A DNA stretch of 64,000 bases from Patescibacteria group bacterium (GTDB lineage Bacteria > Patescibacteriota > Patescibacteriia > Buchananbacterales > UBA6539), in NCBI GenBank assembly GCA_041649675.1, contig JBAZMQ010000006.1, positions 7,003-71,002 of the forward strand, in the 5' to 3' direction. Below, in pieces: positions 10,356-19,732 of this stretch. Every line of letters begins with the position of its first letter. The first letter of the stretch is position 1. The notes under the pieces are model-generated. The model saw only the letters and a list, made by a program, of their open reading frames with translations, had not been told where the DNA came from and did not search any database. The translations under genes and the position numbers were made by a program.

Positions 10356-11120
10356 TTACTTTTTACCCCAGCCGTCAAAAGCGCGCAAAACTTCGGTTGG
10401 AATCATAAAGACAACGGTATTTGACTGATCAGAAGATATGTCGTTAATTGACTGCAAAGTCCGCAAGTGTAAAGCACCGGGCACTTTGGAAAGGGTTTCA
10501 GCTGCCTTGCTTAAATTTTCCGAAGCAATAACTTCACCTTCAGAATTAATAATCACCGCTCGCTTTTCTCTTTCAGCCTCAGCCTGCTTGGCAATCGTTC
10601 GCTTCATGCCTTCAGGCAAAGTAATATCTTTTAATTCAACGTCGGAAATTTGAATACCCCAAGATTCAGAAGATTTATCAACAATCTCTTTAATCCGGCC
10701 AGAAATTTTTTCTCGGTTGGCTAATAATTCATCCAAAGTCACTTCACCGCTAGTGTTTCTCATTGTGGTTTGGGCCAGCTGGGAAATAGCCTGGTTGTAA
10801 TTTTCAACCTCCAACTTAGCTTTGGCCGCATCCGCCACCCGGTAATAAATAACGGCATTGATTTTAACCGAGACATTATCGCGAGTAATCGCTTCTTGAT
10901 CCGGCACATCAGCTACCTTAATTCTGATATCAATCTTAAACATCCGCTGAATACTCAATAAACTGAAAATCCAAGTTAGTCCAGGCTGGCGGGTACCGGT
11001 ATATTTGCCTAAAGTTAAAATTACCGCTCTTTCGTTTTGATCAACTACGCGCAAACCAGACAAAACAATGATGATACCAAAAACAATGATGATACCAAAA
11101 ATAGATAATAGTCCTTCCAT
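10356..11120 (-). CDS. SPFH/stomatin (slipin) family protein
   Basis: N-terminal TM, ITRDNVSV, QAEAEREKRA, LRTLQ. Confidence 0.92.
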   Translation of the reverse strand: MEGLLSIFGIIIVFGIIIVLSGLRVVDQNERAVILTLGKYTGTRQPGLTWIFSLLSIQRMFKIDIRIKVADVPDQEAITRDNVSVKINAVIYYRVADAAKAKLEVENYNQAISQLAQTTMRNTSGEVTLDELLANREKISGRIKEIVDKSSESWGIQISDVELKDITLPEGMKRTIAKQAEAEREKRAVIINSEGEVIASENLSKAAETLSKVPGALHLRTLQSINDISSDQSNTVVFMIPTEVLRAFDGWGKK

Positions 11121-11156
11121 AGTTTTGATTTTTAAAAATTAATAAAATTATAATAA

Positions 11157-12503
11157 CTATTTAATCTGTTTAACAAAATTAACTAGCTCCTGCAATCTGT
11201 CAGCTGTCATTTGTTCAGATTCAGTCTCAACGGTAATTCTTAAGAGAGGTTCAGTATTAGAAGGCCTAACATTAAACCACCAATTAGGATATTGGACCGT
11301 TAGACCATCAAGCTCGTCTTGATTGCCAGCTTGATATTGTTTCTTTAATTTTTCAATAATACTTTGAATTTTACTTCGGTCTTCCAAAACCAAATTTTCT
11401 TCCGGCGATTTAAAGTATTTGTAAAATGGTTCAATAATTTCTGAAAGTGGCCGGCCGTCTTGAGAGAGTAACTGTAATAAAATTAAAAACGGAATAAAGC
11501 CGGAATCAGAATAAGCATTATCGCGAAAACAATAATGAGCTGAGACTTCTCCACCGACAATACCGTCATTTTGCCGCAAACCAGCTGAAACAAAAACAAA
11601 TCCGACCCTGGTCCGAATCGGCTTGCCGCCCCATTCTTTAATTTTTTCTGGTACAATTTTGGAACAGCTCAAATTATAAGCAATTCCCTTACCAGGTTCC
11701 CGGCGTAAAAATTCTTTGGCCAGTAATAATAAGGTGATATCGGCCCGAATAAATTTTCCGGTCTCATCAATGAAATTTAATCGATCGGTATCCCCGTCAA
11801 AAATTACCCCAAAATCCACTTTCTGTTCAAGCACTGACTTAGTTATTTGCACCTGACTTTCAGGCAAAAGCGGGTTAGACGGATGAGCCGGAAAACTACC
11901 ATCAAGCTCAAAATTCAACGGAATAATTTCAATCGGCAGATATGGTTTTAGTAAAGGAATAATTTTTCCCGCCATGCCATTTCCGGCATCAACTACAACT
12001 TTTAACGGCTTAATTTTTTTAAGATCACAAAAAGAAAGAACATGTTTAATATATTGCGGCAAAATATCAGACTCAATAATCTTGCCTTTAGTTTTGGCCT
12101 TGGCCTTGGGTAAATTCAAAACGTGATCACGCATCTCTTCTCCCCTGACCCATTGCATATCTTTTAAAACCATTTTGAAACCGTTATATTCAGAAGGATT
12201 ATGCGAAGCCGTAATCATAATTCCCGCCTCGTGTTTCAAAATACCAACTGCGTAATAAACAGCATCAACCGGAACTAAACCAATATCTAAGACATCAACT
12301 CCTTGATCAAGAATACCTTCAATTAATTTCTTTTTTATTGCTGGCCCAGAAAGCCTCATGTCGCTACCAATAGTTACTTGGGTAGCTTTAGATCTCAAGG
12401 CAAAAGCTCGGCCAACTTGGTAAGCTGCCTCTTGACTTAACTGATTAGGATAAGTTCCTCGGATATCGTAAGATTTAAAAATTTTTTGGTCAATACTTTT
12501 CAT
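11157..12503 (-). CDS. manB: Phosphomannomutase/phosphoglucomutase
   Basis: YDIRG, TASHNP, FDGDTDR, GEVSAH, RPSNTEP. Confidence 0.9.
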   Translation of the reverse strand: MKSIDQKIFKSYDIRGTYPNQLSQEAAYQVGRAFALRSKATQVTIGSDMRLSGPAIKKKLIEGILDQGVDVLDIGLVPVDAVYYAVGILKHEAGIMITASHNPSEYNGFKMVLKDMQWVRGEEMRDHVLNLPKAKAKTKGKIIESDILPQYIKHVLSFCDLKKIKPLKVVVDAGNGMAGKIIPLLKPYLPIEIIPLNFELDGSFPAHPSNPLLPESQVQITKSVLEQKVDFGVIFDGDTDRLNFIDETGKFIRADITLLLLAKEFLRREPGKGIAYNLSCSKIVPEKIKEWGGKPIRTRVGFVFVSAGLRQNDGIVGGEVSAHYCFRDNAYSDSGFIPFLILLQLLSQDGRPLSEIIEPFYKYFKSPEENLVLEDRSKIQSIIEKLKKQYQAGNQDELDGLTVQYPNWWFNVRPSNTEPLLRITVETESEQMTADRLQELVNFVKQIK

Positions 12504-12526
12504 GTTTTTATCAATTGTTACAAATA

Positions 12527-13693
12527 TTAGCGATAATCACGAATAATATTCTTCTGAGTGGCCAAAAAAGCACCAAACGCCAACCAAACCAAACATAATT
12601 TAATTAACCAACCAAGCAAAGGTAAACTGGTGATAAAAACAAAAACAATAATTCCAAGTACCGTTGGCCACATTAGCGAACCTTTATATTTTTTTTCAGG
12701 GCTCAAACTATTAAGCAAGGCCAAACCGATTACGAAGCCGACAAAGACTTTAGAGACATACAAAACAATAATATAAAATGGAATGATAATCAAAGCCAAA
12801 GGAATACCAATGATTGTGCACATTAACAAAATGGCAACAATCGGAATTGCAATTGAATAAACTGCACCCGTTACCAAAGATGGCCAAGGCTTTTTTACTA
12901 TTTCTTCTCTGACTTCCAATAAAACTTTAGAGAATAAGGATACTACCACCATGCCAATTATTAAAAGGCTGAACAAAGAAATAATTTTCAAAAATAGAAA
13001 AGCGGTACCAAAAGCTTTACTGGCATCCAAACGATCCGGCATAACTGCGGTCTTTCTTGTCGTTTGACCAATGACTTTAGCGCCATCTTTCAAAACCAAC
13101 TGCTGATCATTTGGTGCCTGATAAGATAAGTTACCGCCAATTTTAGCTTGCGAACCTAAAACTAATTGGCCTTGTTTATCCAGCGAAGCATTAACGTCTT
13201 TGCCCACTTCGCTGCTCAAAGAAATTGCGTTAGCAGCGGCCCAAAGTCCGCCGGTAATTGGGCCCTTGATTTCCAAACTACTGGCCGCGGAAAAAACATC
13301 CCAAGCAACTTTGGCATTACTGCCTAAAACAACATTATTACCACCCGCCCAAACATTATGACCAACCTCGCTATCCACTTCAACCGAATTACCAATTACT
13401 CTAACGCTGCCCAAAACCGCTCCCGTAATTTTAATCGTACTGCCAGCAGCAATGACATCACCCGCTACCGGTCCCGAGATGGTAATGCTGTTACCGGCCA
13501 CAATCACGTCACCATGAACTGCTCCTTTAATATCAATGATGTTTCCGGCTTTTATAAAGTTACCTTCAATGATTTGATCGGCGCCAATCTCAACTGTCTG
13601 GTCTTGGACTTCGGCGGCCAAAACTAAAAAGGGCGCCGCTAGTAAAAATAGACAGATTAAAACCAAAAAAATGGGTTTTTTCATAATTTTCAT
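12527..13693 (-). CDS. Membrane protein with bactofilin-like beta-helix repeats
   Basis: Repeated I-x-G-x-V-x-GDV units followed by multiple TM helices. Confidence 0.8.
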   Translation of the reverse strand: MKIMKKPIFLVLICLFLLAAPFLVLAAEVQDQTVEIGADQIIEGNFIKAGNIIDIKGAVHGDVIVAGNSITISGPVAGDVIAAGSTIKITGAVLGSVRVIGNSVEVDSEVGHNVWAGGNNVVLGSNAKVAWDVFSAASSLEIKGPITGGLWAAANAISLSSEVGKDVNASLDKQGQLVLGSQAKIGGNLSYQAPNDQQLVLKDGAKVIGQTTRKTAVMPDRLDASKAFGTAFLFLKIISLFSLLIIGMVVVSLFSKVLLEVREEIVKKPWPSLVTGAVYSIAIPIVAILLMCTIIGIPLALIIIPFYIIVLYVSKVFVGFVIGLALLNSLSPEKKYKGSLMWPTVLGIIVFVFITSLPLLGWLIKLCLVWLAFGAFLATQKNIIRDYR

Positions 13694-13725
13694 AAATAAA
13701 AAATTATTATTAAATCACCAAAATT

Positions 13726-14457
13726 TTAACATTTTTTAGCAATAGTGACAAGATTAGCGGCTTTTAAGTATCTAAACCTCCTGGCCTTTTGGCCGCGCCA
13801 ATAAGCCAAATAATTACTGTCCAGTTTCAATCCCGATTGCTTTACTAGTTTCTTCAATTCACCCAGGGTAAAGGCATGATAATAACGATAGACTTTACCC
13901 TTCATCCAGGGCAAATAGATATCTTTAAAATCCAATTCGCTTTTACCAATAATTTTTAAAAAGGTATAATGAAAGATAAGAGGCAAAAACTTTTTCTGGT
14001 AACGATTCCAGTTAGCCATTACCAAAACTCCGCCCGGTTTTAAAACCCGCTTAATTTCCTGCAGAGCTTGCAAGCGTAATTGCTTACTAGGCAAATGATG
14101 CAAGACGGCGATAAAAAATACCACCTCAAAAGAATTATCAGCGAAAGGTAAATTAAAAACTTCCGCTTTTAAAAATTGTTGACTCTCAATTTTGAAATCA
14201 TTTCGGTTTTGAGCAAAATTAATTTGGTCATCACTATTATCCACGCCGATATAATCAATCTTGACATCTTTAAATAACAAGCGTAACTTACCATTACCGC
14301 AGCCCAAATCCAAAACTTTATCGCCAGATTTGACATATTTTTTTAAATCAGGCAGATTGGGCCAAAGATAGTTTCTGGTCCGATTAAAATCACTGGCGAT
14401 TTCATTATAATTATTTTTCGTCTGGGCCAAAATTTTTTCAACAGTCTGTGGCTTCAT
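13726..14457 (-). CDS. Class I SAM methyltransferase, Trm9/ALKBH8-like
   Basis: YNEIASDFNRTR-x3-WP, VLDLGCGNGK, IAVLHHL, RVLKPGG, RYYHAF. Confidence 0.8.
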   Translation of the reverse strand: MKPQTVEKILAQTKNNYNEIASDFNRTRNYLWPNLPDLKKYVKSGDKVLDLGCGNGKLRLLFKDVKIDYIGVDNSDDQINFAQNRNDFKIESQQFLKAEVFNLPFADNSFEVVFFIAVLHHLPSKQLRLQALQEIKRVLKPGGVLVMANWNRYQKKFLPLIFHYTFLKIIGKSELDFKDIYLPWMKGKVYRYYHAFTLGELKKLVKQSGLKLDSNYLAYWRGQKARRFRYLKAANLVTIAKKC

Positions 14458-14469
14458 AAACTACCCTTC

Positions 14470-14578
14470 TGTCATTCTGAGGGAGTGCCGACATATAGTC
14501 GGCCCGACCGAAGAATCTCATACTATTTTTATAGGGATAAGATTCTTCACCCCGACTAAGTCGGGGTTCAGAATGACA
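14470..14578. repeat. GTCATTCTGA...TCAGAATGAC palindromic mini-element (REP/MITE-like), copy 1
   Basis: Terminal inverted repeats with internal GAAGAATCT / AGATTCTTC arms. Confidence 0.8.
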
Positions 14579-14589
14579 ACTGACAAATT

Positions 14590-16182
14590 ATGAATAAAAA
14601 ATTAGTTACAATAACAAAATCTTTAGCCAAAGCCAAGTTTAAATCTCGGCTGGATTTAGTTAAACTGAAAAAAAAATTATCCAACCAGCTAAAAATGAAC
14701 GCCCCGCTTAACTCTGACTTGTTACGAATTTATAAAAATTTATTGGCTAAAAAAATTATTTTACCAAATAAAACCTTAGAACAACTTTTATGCAAACGCG
14801 AAATTCGAACTCTTTCGGGTGTGGCGGTAATTACGGTTTTAACTAAACCCTATCCTTGTCCGGGCCAATGTATTTATTGTCCCAGCGAAAAAGACATGCC
14901 TAAAAGTTATTTAAAAAACGAGCCAGCGGCCGCCCGAGCGTTTGCTACCAAATTTGATCCGTTTGTCCAAACTAAAGTTAGGCTCGACGCTTTAAAAATT
15001 AACGGCCACTCAACCGATAAAATTGAACTGATAGTTTTAGGTGGCAGCTTTAGTGCTTACCCAAAAAATTATCAGGCTTGGTTTATCAAACGCTGCTTTG
15101 AGGCTTTAAACAAAAAACCGGCCAAGAATCTTGCAACTGCCCAAAAGCAAAATGAAACTGCTTTGCATCGCTGCGTTGGTTTAACTTTGGAAACCAGACC
15201 GGACATGATTACGCCTAAAGAAATTGAAAGAATGAGGAATTTGGGCTGTACTCGCGTTGAACTGGGCGTGCAAACAATTTACGACCCTATCTTAAAACTA
15301 AACAAAAGAGGCCAGACTGTCAAACAAACAATTGAGGCAACAAAAATGCTTAAAGCTGCCGGCTTTAAAGTAATGTACCATCTAATGCCTAATTTGCCCG
15401 GCTCAAACTTAAAGTTAGATCTGAAAATGTTTAAAGAAATATTTTCTGGACCAAATTTTCAGCCGGACTTACTAAAAATTTATCCTTGCGTGGTGACAAA
15501 AAATTCAGTTTTATATCACTGGTACCGGCAAAAAAAATTTAAGTCTTATTCAGACAAAGAATTAAAGAATTTATTAATTAAAGTTAAACGATTAATTCCC
15601 CAGTATGTCCGCATCACCCGTTTAATCCGCGATATCCCGGCCGAGAGTATAATTGCTGGCAATAAAATCACAAACTTAAGACAACTAATTGCCCAGGATT
15701 TCAAAGGTTGCAAATGTATCCGATGCCGCGAAGCCGGACATAGCTTAGGAATTAAGAATTATGAAGCAGGAATAAGGAAAAAAAGTTCCTCCATAATTCA
15801 TAATTCCTGCTTCATAATTCAAAAATATAAGGCTAGCGGAGGAACAGAATATTTTCTAAGCTATGACTCAAAGGACAAAAAAATTCTTTATGCTTTTTTG
15901 CGACTAAGAATTAACGGCGATATTAATAATAATTTTATACCCGAACTAAAAGGAGCGGCACTTATTCGCGAACTGCATACTTACGGGCAGATGGCGCAAT
16001 TAGGTCAAATTGGTAAAGTTCAACATCTGGGTTTAGGTAAAATGCTTTTGGCCCAGGCCGAAACCATTGCCAAAAAACAAAAAATAAAAAAAATCGCTGT
16101 AATCTCTGGCATTGGTGTCAGACAATATTATAAAAAATTCGGCTACCATTTAGCCGGTACGTACATGCTAAAAAATTTATAA
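14590..16182 (+). CDS. elp3: Elp3 tRNA U34 carboxymethylase (radical SAM + GNAT)
   Basis: RTLSGVA, CPGQCIYCP, ETRPD, RVELGVQ, LKIYP, CKCIRCRE, RELHTYG, QHLGLG, ISGIGVRQYY. Confidence 0.93.
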   Translation: MNKKLVTITKSLAKAKFKSRLDLVKLKKKLSNQLKMNAPLNSDLLRIYKNLLAKKIILPNKTLEQLLCKREIRTLSGVAVITVLTKPYPCPGQCIYCPSEKDMPKSYLKNEPAAARAFATKFDPFVQTKVRLDALKINGHSTDKIELIVLGGSFSAYPKNYQAWFIKRCFEALNKKPAKNLATAQKQNETALHRCVGLTLETRPDMITPKEIERMRNLGCTRVELGVQTIYDPILKLNKRGQTVKQTIEATKMLKAAGFKVMYHLMPNLPGSNLKLDLKMFKEIFSGPNFQPDLLKIYPCVVTKNSVLYHWYRQKKFKSYSDKELKNLLIKVKRLIPQYVRITRLIRDIPAESIIAGNKITNLRQLIAQDFKGCKCIRCREAGHSLGIKNYEAGIRKKSSSIIHNSCFIIQKYKASGGTEYFLSYDSKDKKILYAFLRLRINGDINNNFIPELKGAALIRELHTYGQMAQLGQIGKVQHLGLGKMLLAQAETIAKKQKIKKIAVISGIGVRQYYKKFGYHLAGTYMLKNL

Positions 16183-16256
16183 GCTTACTGCAACTTAAAA
16201 AAAGAGTGGTCTAATTTTTTGGATTAGACCACGTGACTAGCAAGGAACTTGAGCCA

Positions 16257-16910
16257 TCAGACTTGCACCGTCGGATGGCTACGGCGCAATTGGACAACTG
16301 TCCCGTCGGATAAAACAACCGGCGTTGGGTTGTGCCACTCTACTCCTTGTTTCTGACAAGGCAAGGTTGGAAAACCGGCTGACTCACTAAAGGCCCTGAG
16401 CGGCTGGGTGATTGCGCCTACAACCGGGCTGCAAGCAACAGCTACACCACCAACAATAACTAATTCGCCGGCGCCAGAACATCCACTTCTGCAGACAGCA
16501 CACGACGGTTCAAAGACTATCTTTGAATCCAGTACTATCGCGTCTAGTACCGGTGCCCGATGAAAGACTTTCACATGACCTTTGACTGAGAGATTAACTC
16601 CCTCTTCACCTGGCTGACACTGCTGACAAGGCAAGCAGCTCAGTTCAACTTCTTCCGGAAACTGGCGATAAGCCAGTATGCTGTAATCAGGCGCCGTCAG
16701 TTGAGCGGCTGGAAAACAGCCAATGCATAATCCTGGCTGGTCGGCTTTGGTAATCGCAATACCCCGACCATGGCAAGCGGTACAACCATTCCAGGGCCAT
16801 TTGGTGTCTTTGCTCCGGTAGGTTTCTAACGGAGCCGCTGCCTGAGGCAAAACGATTTTTGCCCCGCCTGCGGCTGTTTTAACAATCCGATGATTTGTCT
16901 TGTTTGCCAT
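16257..16910 (-). CDS. Cys-rich hypothetical protein (multiple CxxC)
   Basis: CTAC, CIGC, CLPCQQC, CAVC; SD GAGGA before ATG at 16910. Confidence 0.6.
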   Translation of the reverse strand: MANKTNHRIVKTAAGGAKIVLPQAAAPLETYRSKDTKWPWNGCTACHGRGIAITKADQPGLCIGCFPAAQLTAPDYSILAYRQFPEEVELSCLPCQQCQPGEEGVNLSVKGHVKVFHRAPVLDAIVLDSKIVFEPSCAVCRSGCSGAGELVIVGGVAVACSPVVGAITQPLRAFSESAGFPTLPCQKQGVEWHNPTPVVLSDGTVVQLRRSHPTVQV

Positions 16911-17075
16911 AATCTGATAATCCTCATAGTTTTGGGTTCTGCCTTTATTAACCGGAAACATATTTCCCAGCTAACTCCATAATATACATACAATCTATCC
17001 AATTGTCAATCCCTAAAACAAGAGCTATAATATATATGCCAATAACAAAAATATTATAAATTAATTATATTAAAT

Positions 17076-17231
17076 TGTTATTCTGAGGCCGACTACTCTC
17101 ATTGTTAAGTGAGGCCGAAGAATCTCCTTAACTTAGTGGATCCTTTGGCCCCAAACCTAATTAAGCGGCGACCTCAGGATGACCAGAAGGAGATTCTTTA
17201 CTCTCAAGAATAGCTTGGAGCTCAGAATGAC
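17076..17231. repeat. GTCATTCTGA mini-element, copy 2 (nested form)
   Basis: TIRs plus internal TCAGGATGAC; near reverse complement of 19592-19721. Confidence 0.8.
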
Positions 17232-17240
17232 GGAAAAGAT

Positions 17241-17648
17241 ATGACCCAAAACATTAATTTTCATTTTAATAATGTCGTCATCGTCTGCGGCCCAGTGATT
17301 ATTAAAGATAATAAAGTTTTACTAAATAAACACGGCGAAAGTAACTTATGGAAATTTCCCGGCGGCGATATTACCCAAGCCTCTGACGATTTAGAAACTT
17401 GGGCTCAAAAAAAAGTTAAAGAGGAAATGGATTTGGCAGTTGAAATTATTAAGGCACTAAAACCCATGGTAATTTGGAAAAACGATGAAGTAATTTTGCT
17501 GTTTCATTATTTAGCCGAGTTAAAAAGTGAAACCATAAAACCAGCCGCTTATATTCGCGAATACGGCTGGCATGATATTAATAATTTACCGAGTGATTGT
17601 TCGCCAAACATTAAACCAATAATTGAGGAAGTAATCAACAGTAAATAA
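17241..17648 (+). CDS. NUDIX hydrolase
   Basis: VLL-x-K...WKFPGG...VKEEM degenerate Nudix box. Confidence 0.8.
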   Translation: MTQNINFHFNNVVIVCGPVIIKDNKVLLNKHGESNLWKFPGGDITQASDDLETWAQKKVKEEMDLAVEIIKALKPMVIWKNDEVILLFHYLAELKSETIKPAAYIREYGWHDINNLPSDCSPNIKPIIEEVINSK

Positions 17649-17697
17649 ATTAAGATACAATCAACATAGCACCAGGATAATTATTAAACATAAGATT

Positions 17698-18108
17698 ATG
17701 GTCTGTGTTGAAAATCCAAATAACAAATTTCCAATTTCAAATCAAATCCAAAATCAAAATAATAAAAAACAATTCAATTTAGTTGAGCGCACAGCTAGGT
17801 TCGGAGAAAAAATAATTGATTTTGCCAAAACCATTAATAAAAACCTAATTACCCGATCTTTAATCATACAGCTAGTTAAAGCGGCTACCAGCATTGGTGC
17901 TAATTATATGGAGGCTGATTGCGCTGAATCAAGAAAAGATTTTCGACACAAAATTGGCATCTGCAAAAAAGAAGCCAAGGAAACATCGCATTGGCTAAGA
18001 ATGGTGGCAAAAGCCAATCCGGAATTAAGCAATGAATGTCGAAAACTTTGGCAGGAAGCTCATGAGCTAACCTTGATATTCTCAGCCATAAGAAATAAGA
18101 CCAAATAG
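17698..18108 (+). CDS. Four-helix-bundle (23S rRNA IVS-like) protein
   Basis: QLVKAATSIGANYMEA, SRKDFRHK, KEAKET-x-HWL. Confidence 0.9.
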   Translation: MVCVENPNNKFPISNQIQNQNNKKQFNLVERTARFGEKIIDFAKTINKNLITRSLIIQLVKAATSIGANYMEADCAESRKDFRHKIGICKKEAKETSHWLRMVAKANPELSNECRKLWQEAHELTLIFSAIRNKTK

Positions 18109-18328
18109 ATATATTTGAAATTAGAAATTTAGTCTTGGTTTGACATTGGTAATTAGAAATTTGACATTATCTAAGTTATCCATAATTATAATCTGCAATC
18201 TTAAACCTATGATTTATGAATCGCTAGAATTTAAATAATCATTACCGAAAAGAAAAACCGCTTTTACAGACGGTTTTTTATTTGCTAAACTTAACCTTAT
18301 CTAAGCTAATTTCCTAACCACTTAACCT

Positions 18329-19582
18329 ATGAAATACGAACAACTAAGAGCCCAGGACCCCCAAATAGCAGATCTGATTGCTTTGGAAATCAAAAGACAG
18401 CAAGACGGTTTGGTAATGATCCCTTCGGAAAATCATGCTTCCGTCGCGGTTTTGGAAGCGATGGCAACGGTTTTATCCAATAAATACGCCGAAGGCTATC
18501 CTAATAAACGCTACTATACTGGCAACCAATATATTGATCAAATTGAATTACTGGCAATCAGCAGAGCCAAAGAATTATTTGGCGCCGAGCATGCCAATGT
18601 TCAACCCAACGCCGGCAGCGGGGCCAACCTGGCAATTTATTTAGCCACTTTAAAACCGGGCGACAAAGTCATGGGTATGAAACTGGACCAAGGCGGTCAT
18701 TTGACTCACGGCCATCCGGTTAATTTATCCGGCCAACTTTATAATTTTGTCCAATACGGCGTTAGAAAAGACACCGAACTAATTGACTTGGAAGAAATTC
18801 GAACAATGGCGAAAAAAGAAAAACCGAAAATGATCGTCACCGGCGCTACCGCTTACCCCAGAATTTTTGACTTCAAAGCTTTTAAAGAAATTTGCGATGA
18901 AGTCGGCGCAATTCTATTGGCTGATATTTCTCATTTTGTCGGACTCTGTATTTCCGGTGATCACCCAAAGCCTTTCCCCTATGCCGACTTTGTCATGACT
19001 ACCACCCATAAAACTTTACGCGGACCAAGAAGTGCTATAATCCTAGCCAAAGAAAAATACGCCAAAGCCATTGATAAAGCAATTTTTCCTGGCACCCAGG
19101 GCGGACCGCTAGAGCATGTGATTGCGGCTAAAGCAGTTTGCTTTCAAGAAGCATTAAAACCGGAATTCAAAGATTATGCCAGTCAAATTGTTAAAAATGC
19201 CAAAGCCTTAGCTAAAACTTTCATTGACCAGGGATTGGAATTGGTTTCTGGTGGTACGGACAATCATTTAATGCTAATTAAATGCGCACCGCTTGGTTTA
19301 ACCGGTCGCCAAGGTTCGGAAGTTTTGGCCGAAGGCGGAATTTATACCAATCGCAACACCGTACCTTATGATACGGGTTCGGCCTTTGAACCAACCGGCA
19401 TTCGCCTAGGCACGCCAGCCTTAACTACCAGAGGAATGAAAGAACCAGAGATGGAAATTATTGGAAAAATTATTGCTAAAGTTCTAAAGAATGCCAATGA
19501 TGATAAAATTAAAAAAGAGCTCAAAGATACTGTTTTTCAATTAACCAAAAAATTCCCAACCTATCCGGGCATGTCTATTTAA
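18329..19582 (+). CDS. glyA: Serine hydroxymethyltransferase
   Basis: IPSEN, NKYAEGYP, GGHLTHG, TTTHKTLRGPR, GGTDNH, GIRLGTPA. Confidence 0.97.
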   Translation: MKYEQLRAQDPQIADLIALEIKRQQDGLVMIPSENHASVAVLEAMATVLSNKYAEGYPNKRYYTGNQYIDQIELLAISRAKELFGAEHANVQPNAGSGANLAIYLATLKPGDKVMGMKLDQGGHLTHGHPVNLSGQLYNFVQYGVRKDTELIDLEEIRTMAKKEKPKMIVTGATAYPRIFDFKAFKEICDEVGAILLADISHFVGLCISGDHPKPFPYADFVMTTTHKTLRGPRSAIILAKEKYAKAIDKAIFPGTQGGPLEHVIAAKAVCFQEALKPEFKDYASQIVKNAKALAKTFIDQGLELVSGGTDNHLMLIKCAPLGLTGRQGSEVLAEGGIYTNRNTVPYDTGSAFEPTGIRLGTPALTTRGMKEPEMEIIGKIIAKVLKNANDDKIKKELKDTVFQLTKKFPTYPGMSI

Positions 19583-19591
19583 TCCGCCCTC

Positions 19592-19721
19592 TGTCATTCT
19601 GAGCTCTAAGCTATTATTGAGCGCGAAGAATCTCTTTCTGGTCATCCTGAGGTCACCACTTAATTAGGTTTAGGACCGAAAGATCCACTAAGCCAAGGGA
19701 TTCTTCGGCCTCAGAATGACA
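19592..19721. repeat. GTCATTCTGA mini-element, copy 3
   Basis: TIRs; inverted near-duplicate of copy 2. Confidence 0.8.
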
Positions 19722-19732
19722 ACCATAAAAAA

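Noticed and set aside
17656-17712. Calling the TCAACATAG hairpins true integron attC sites
   Set aside because: No intI and no cassette array in the window, and two motif copies lack the partner arm; kept only as an analogy
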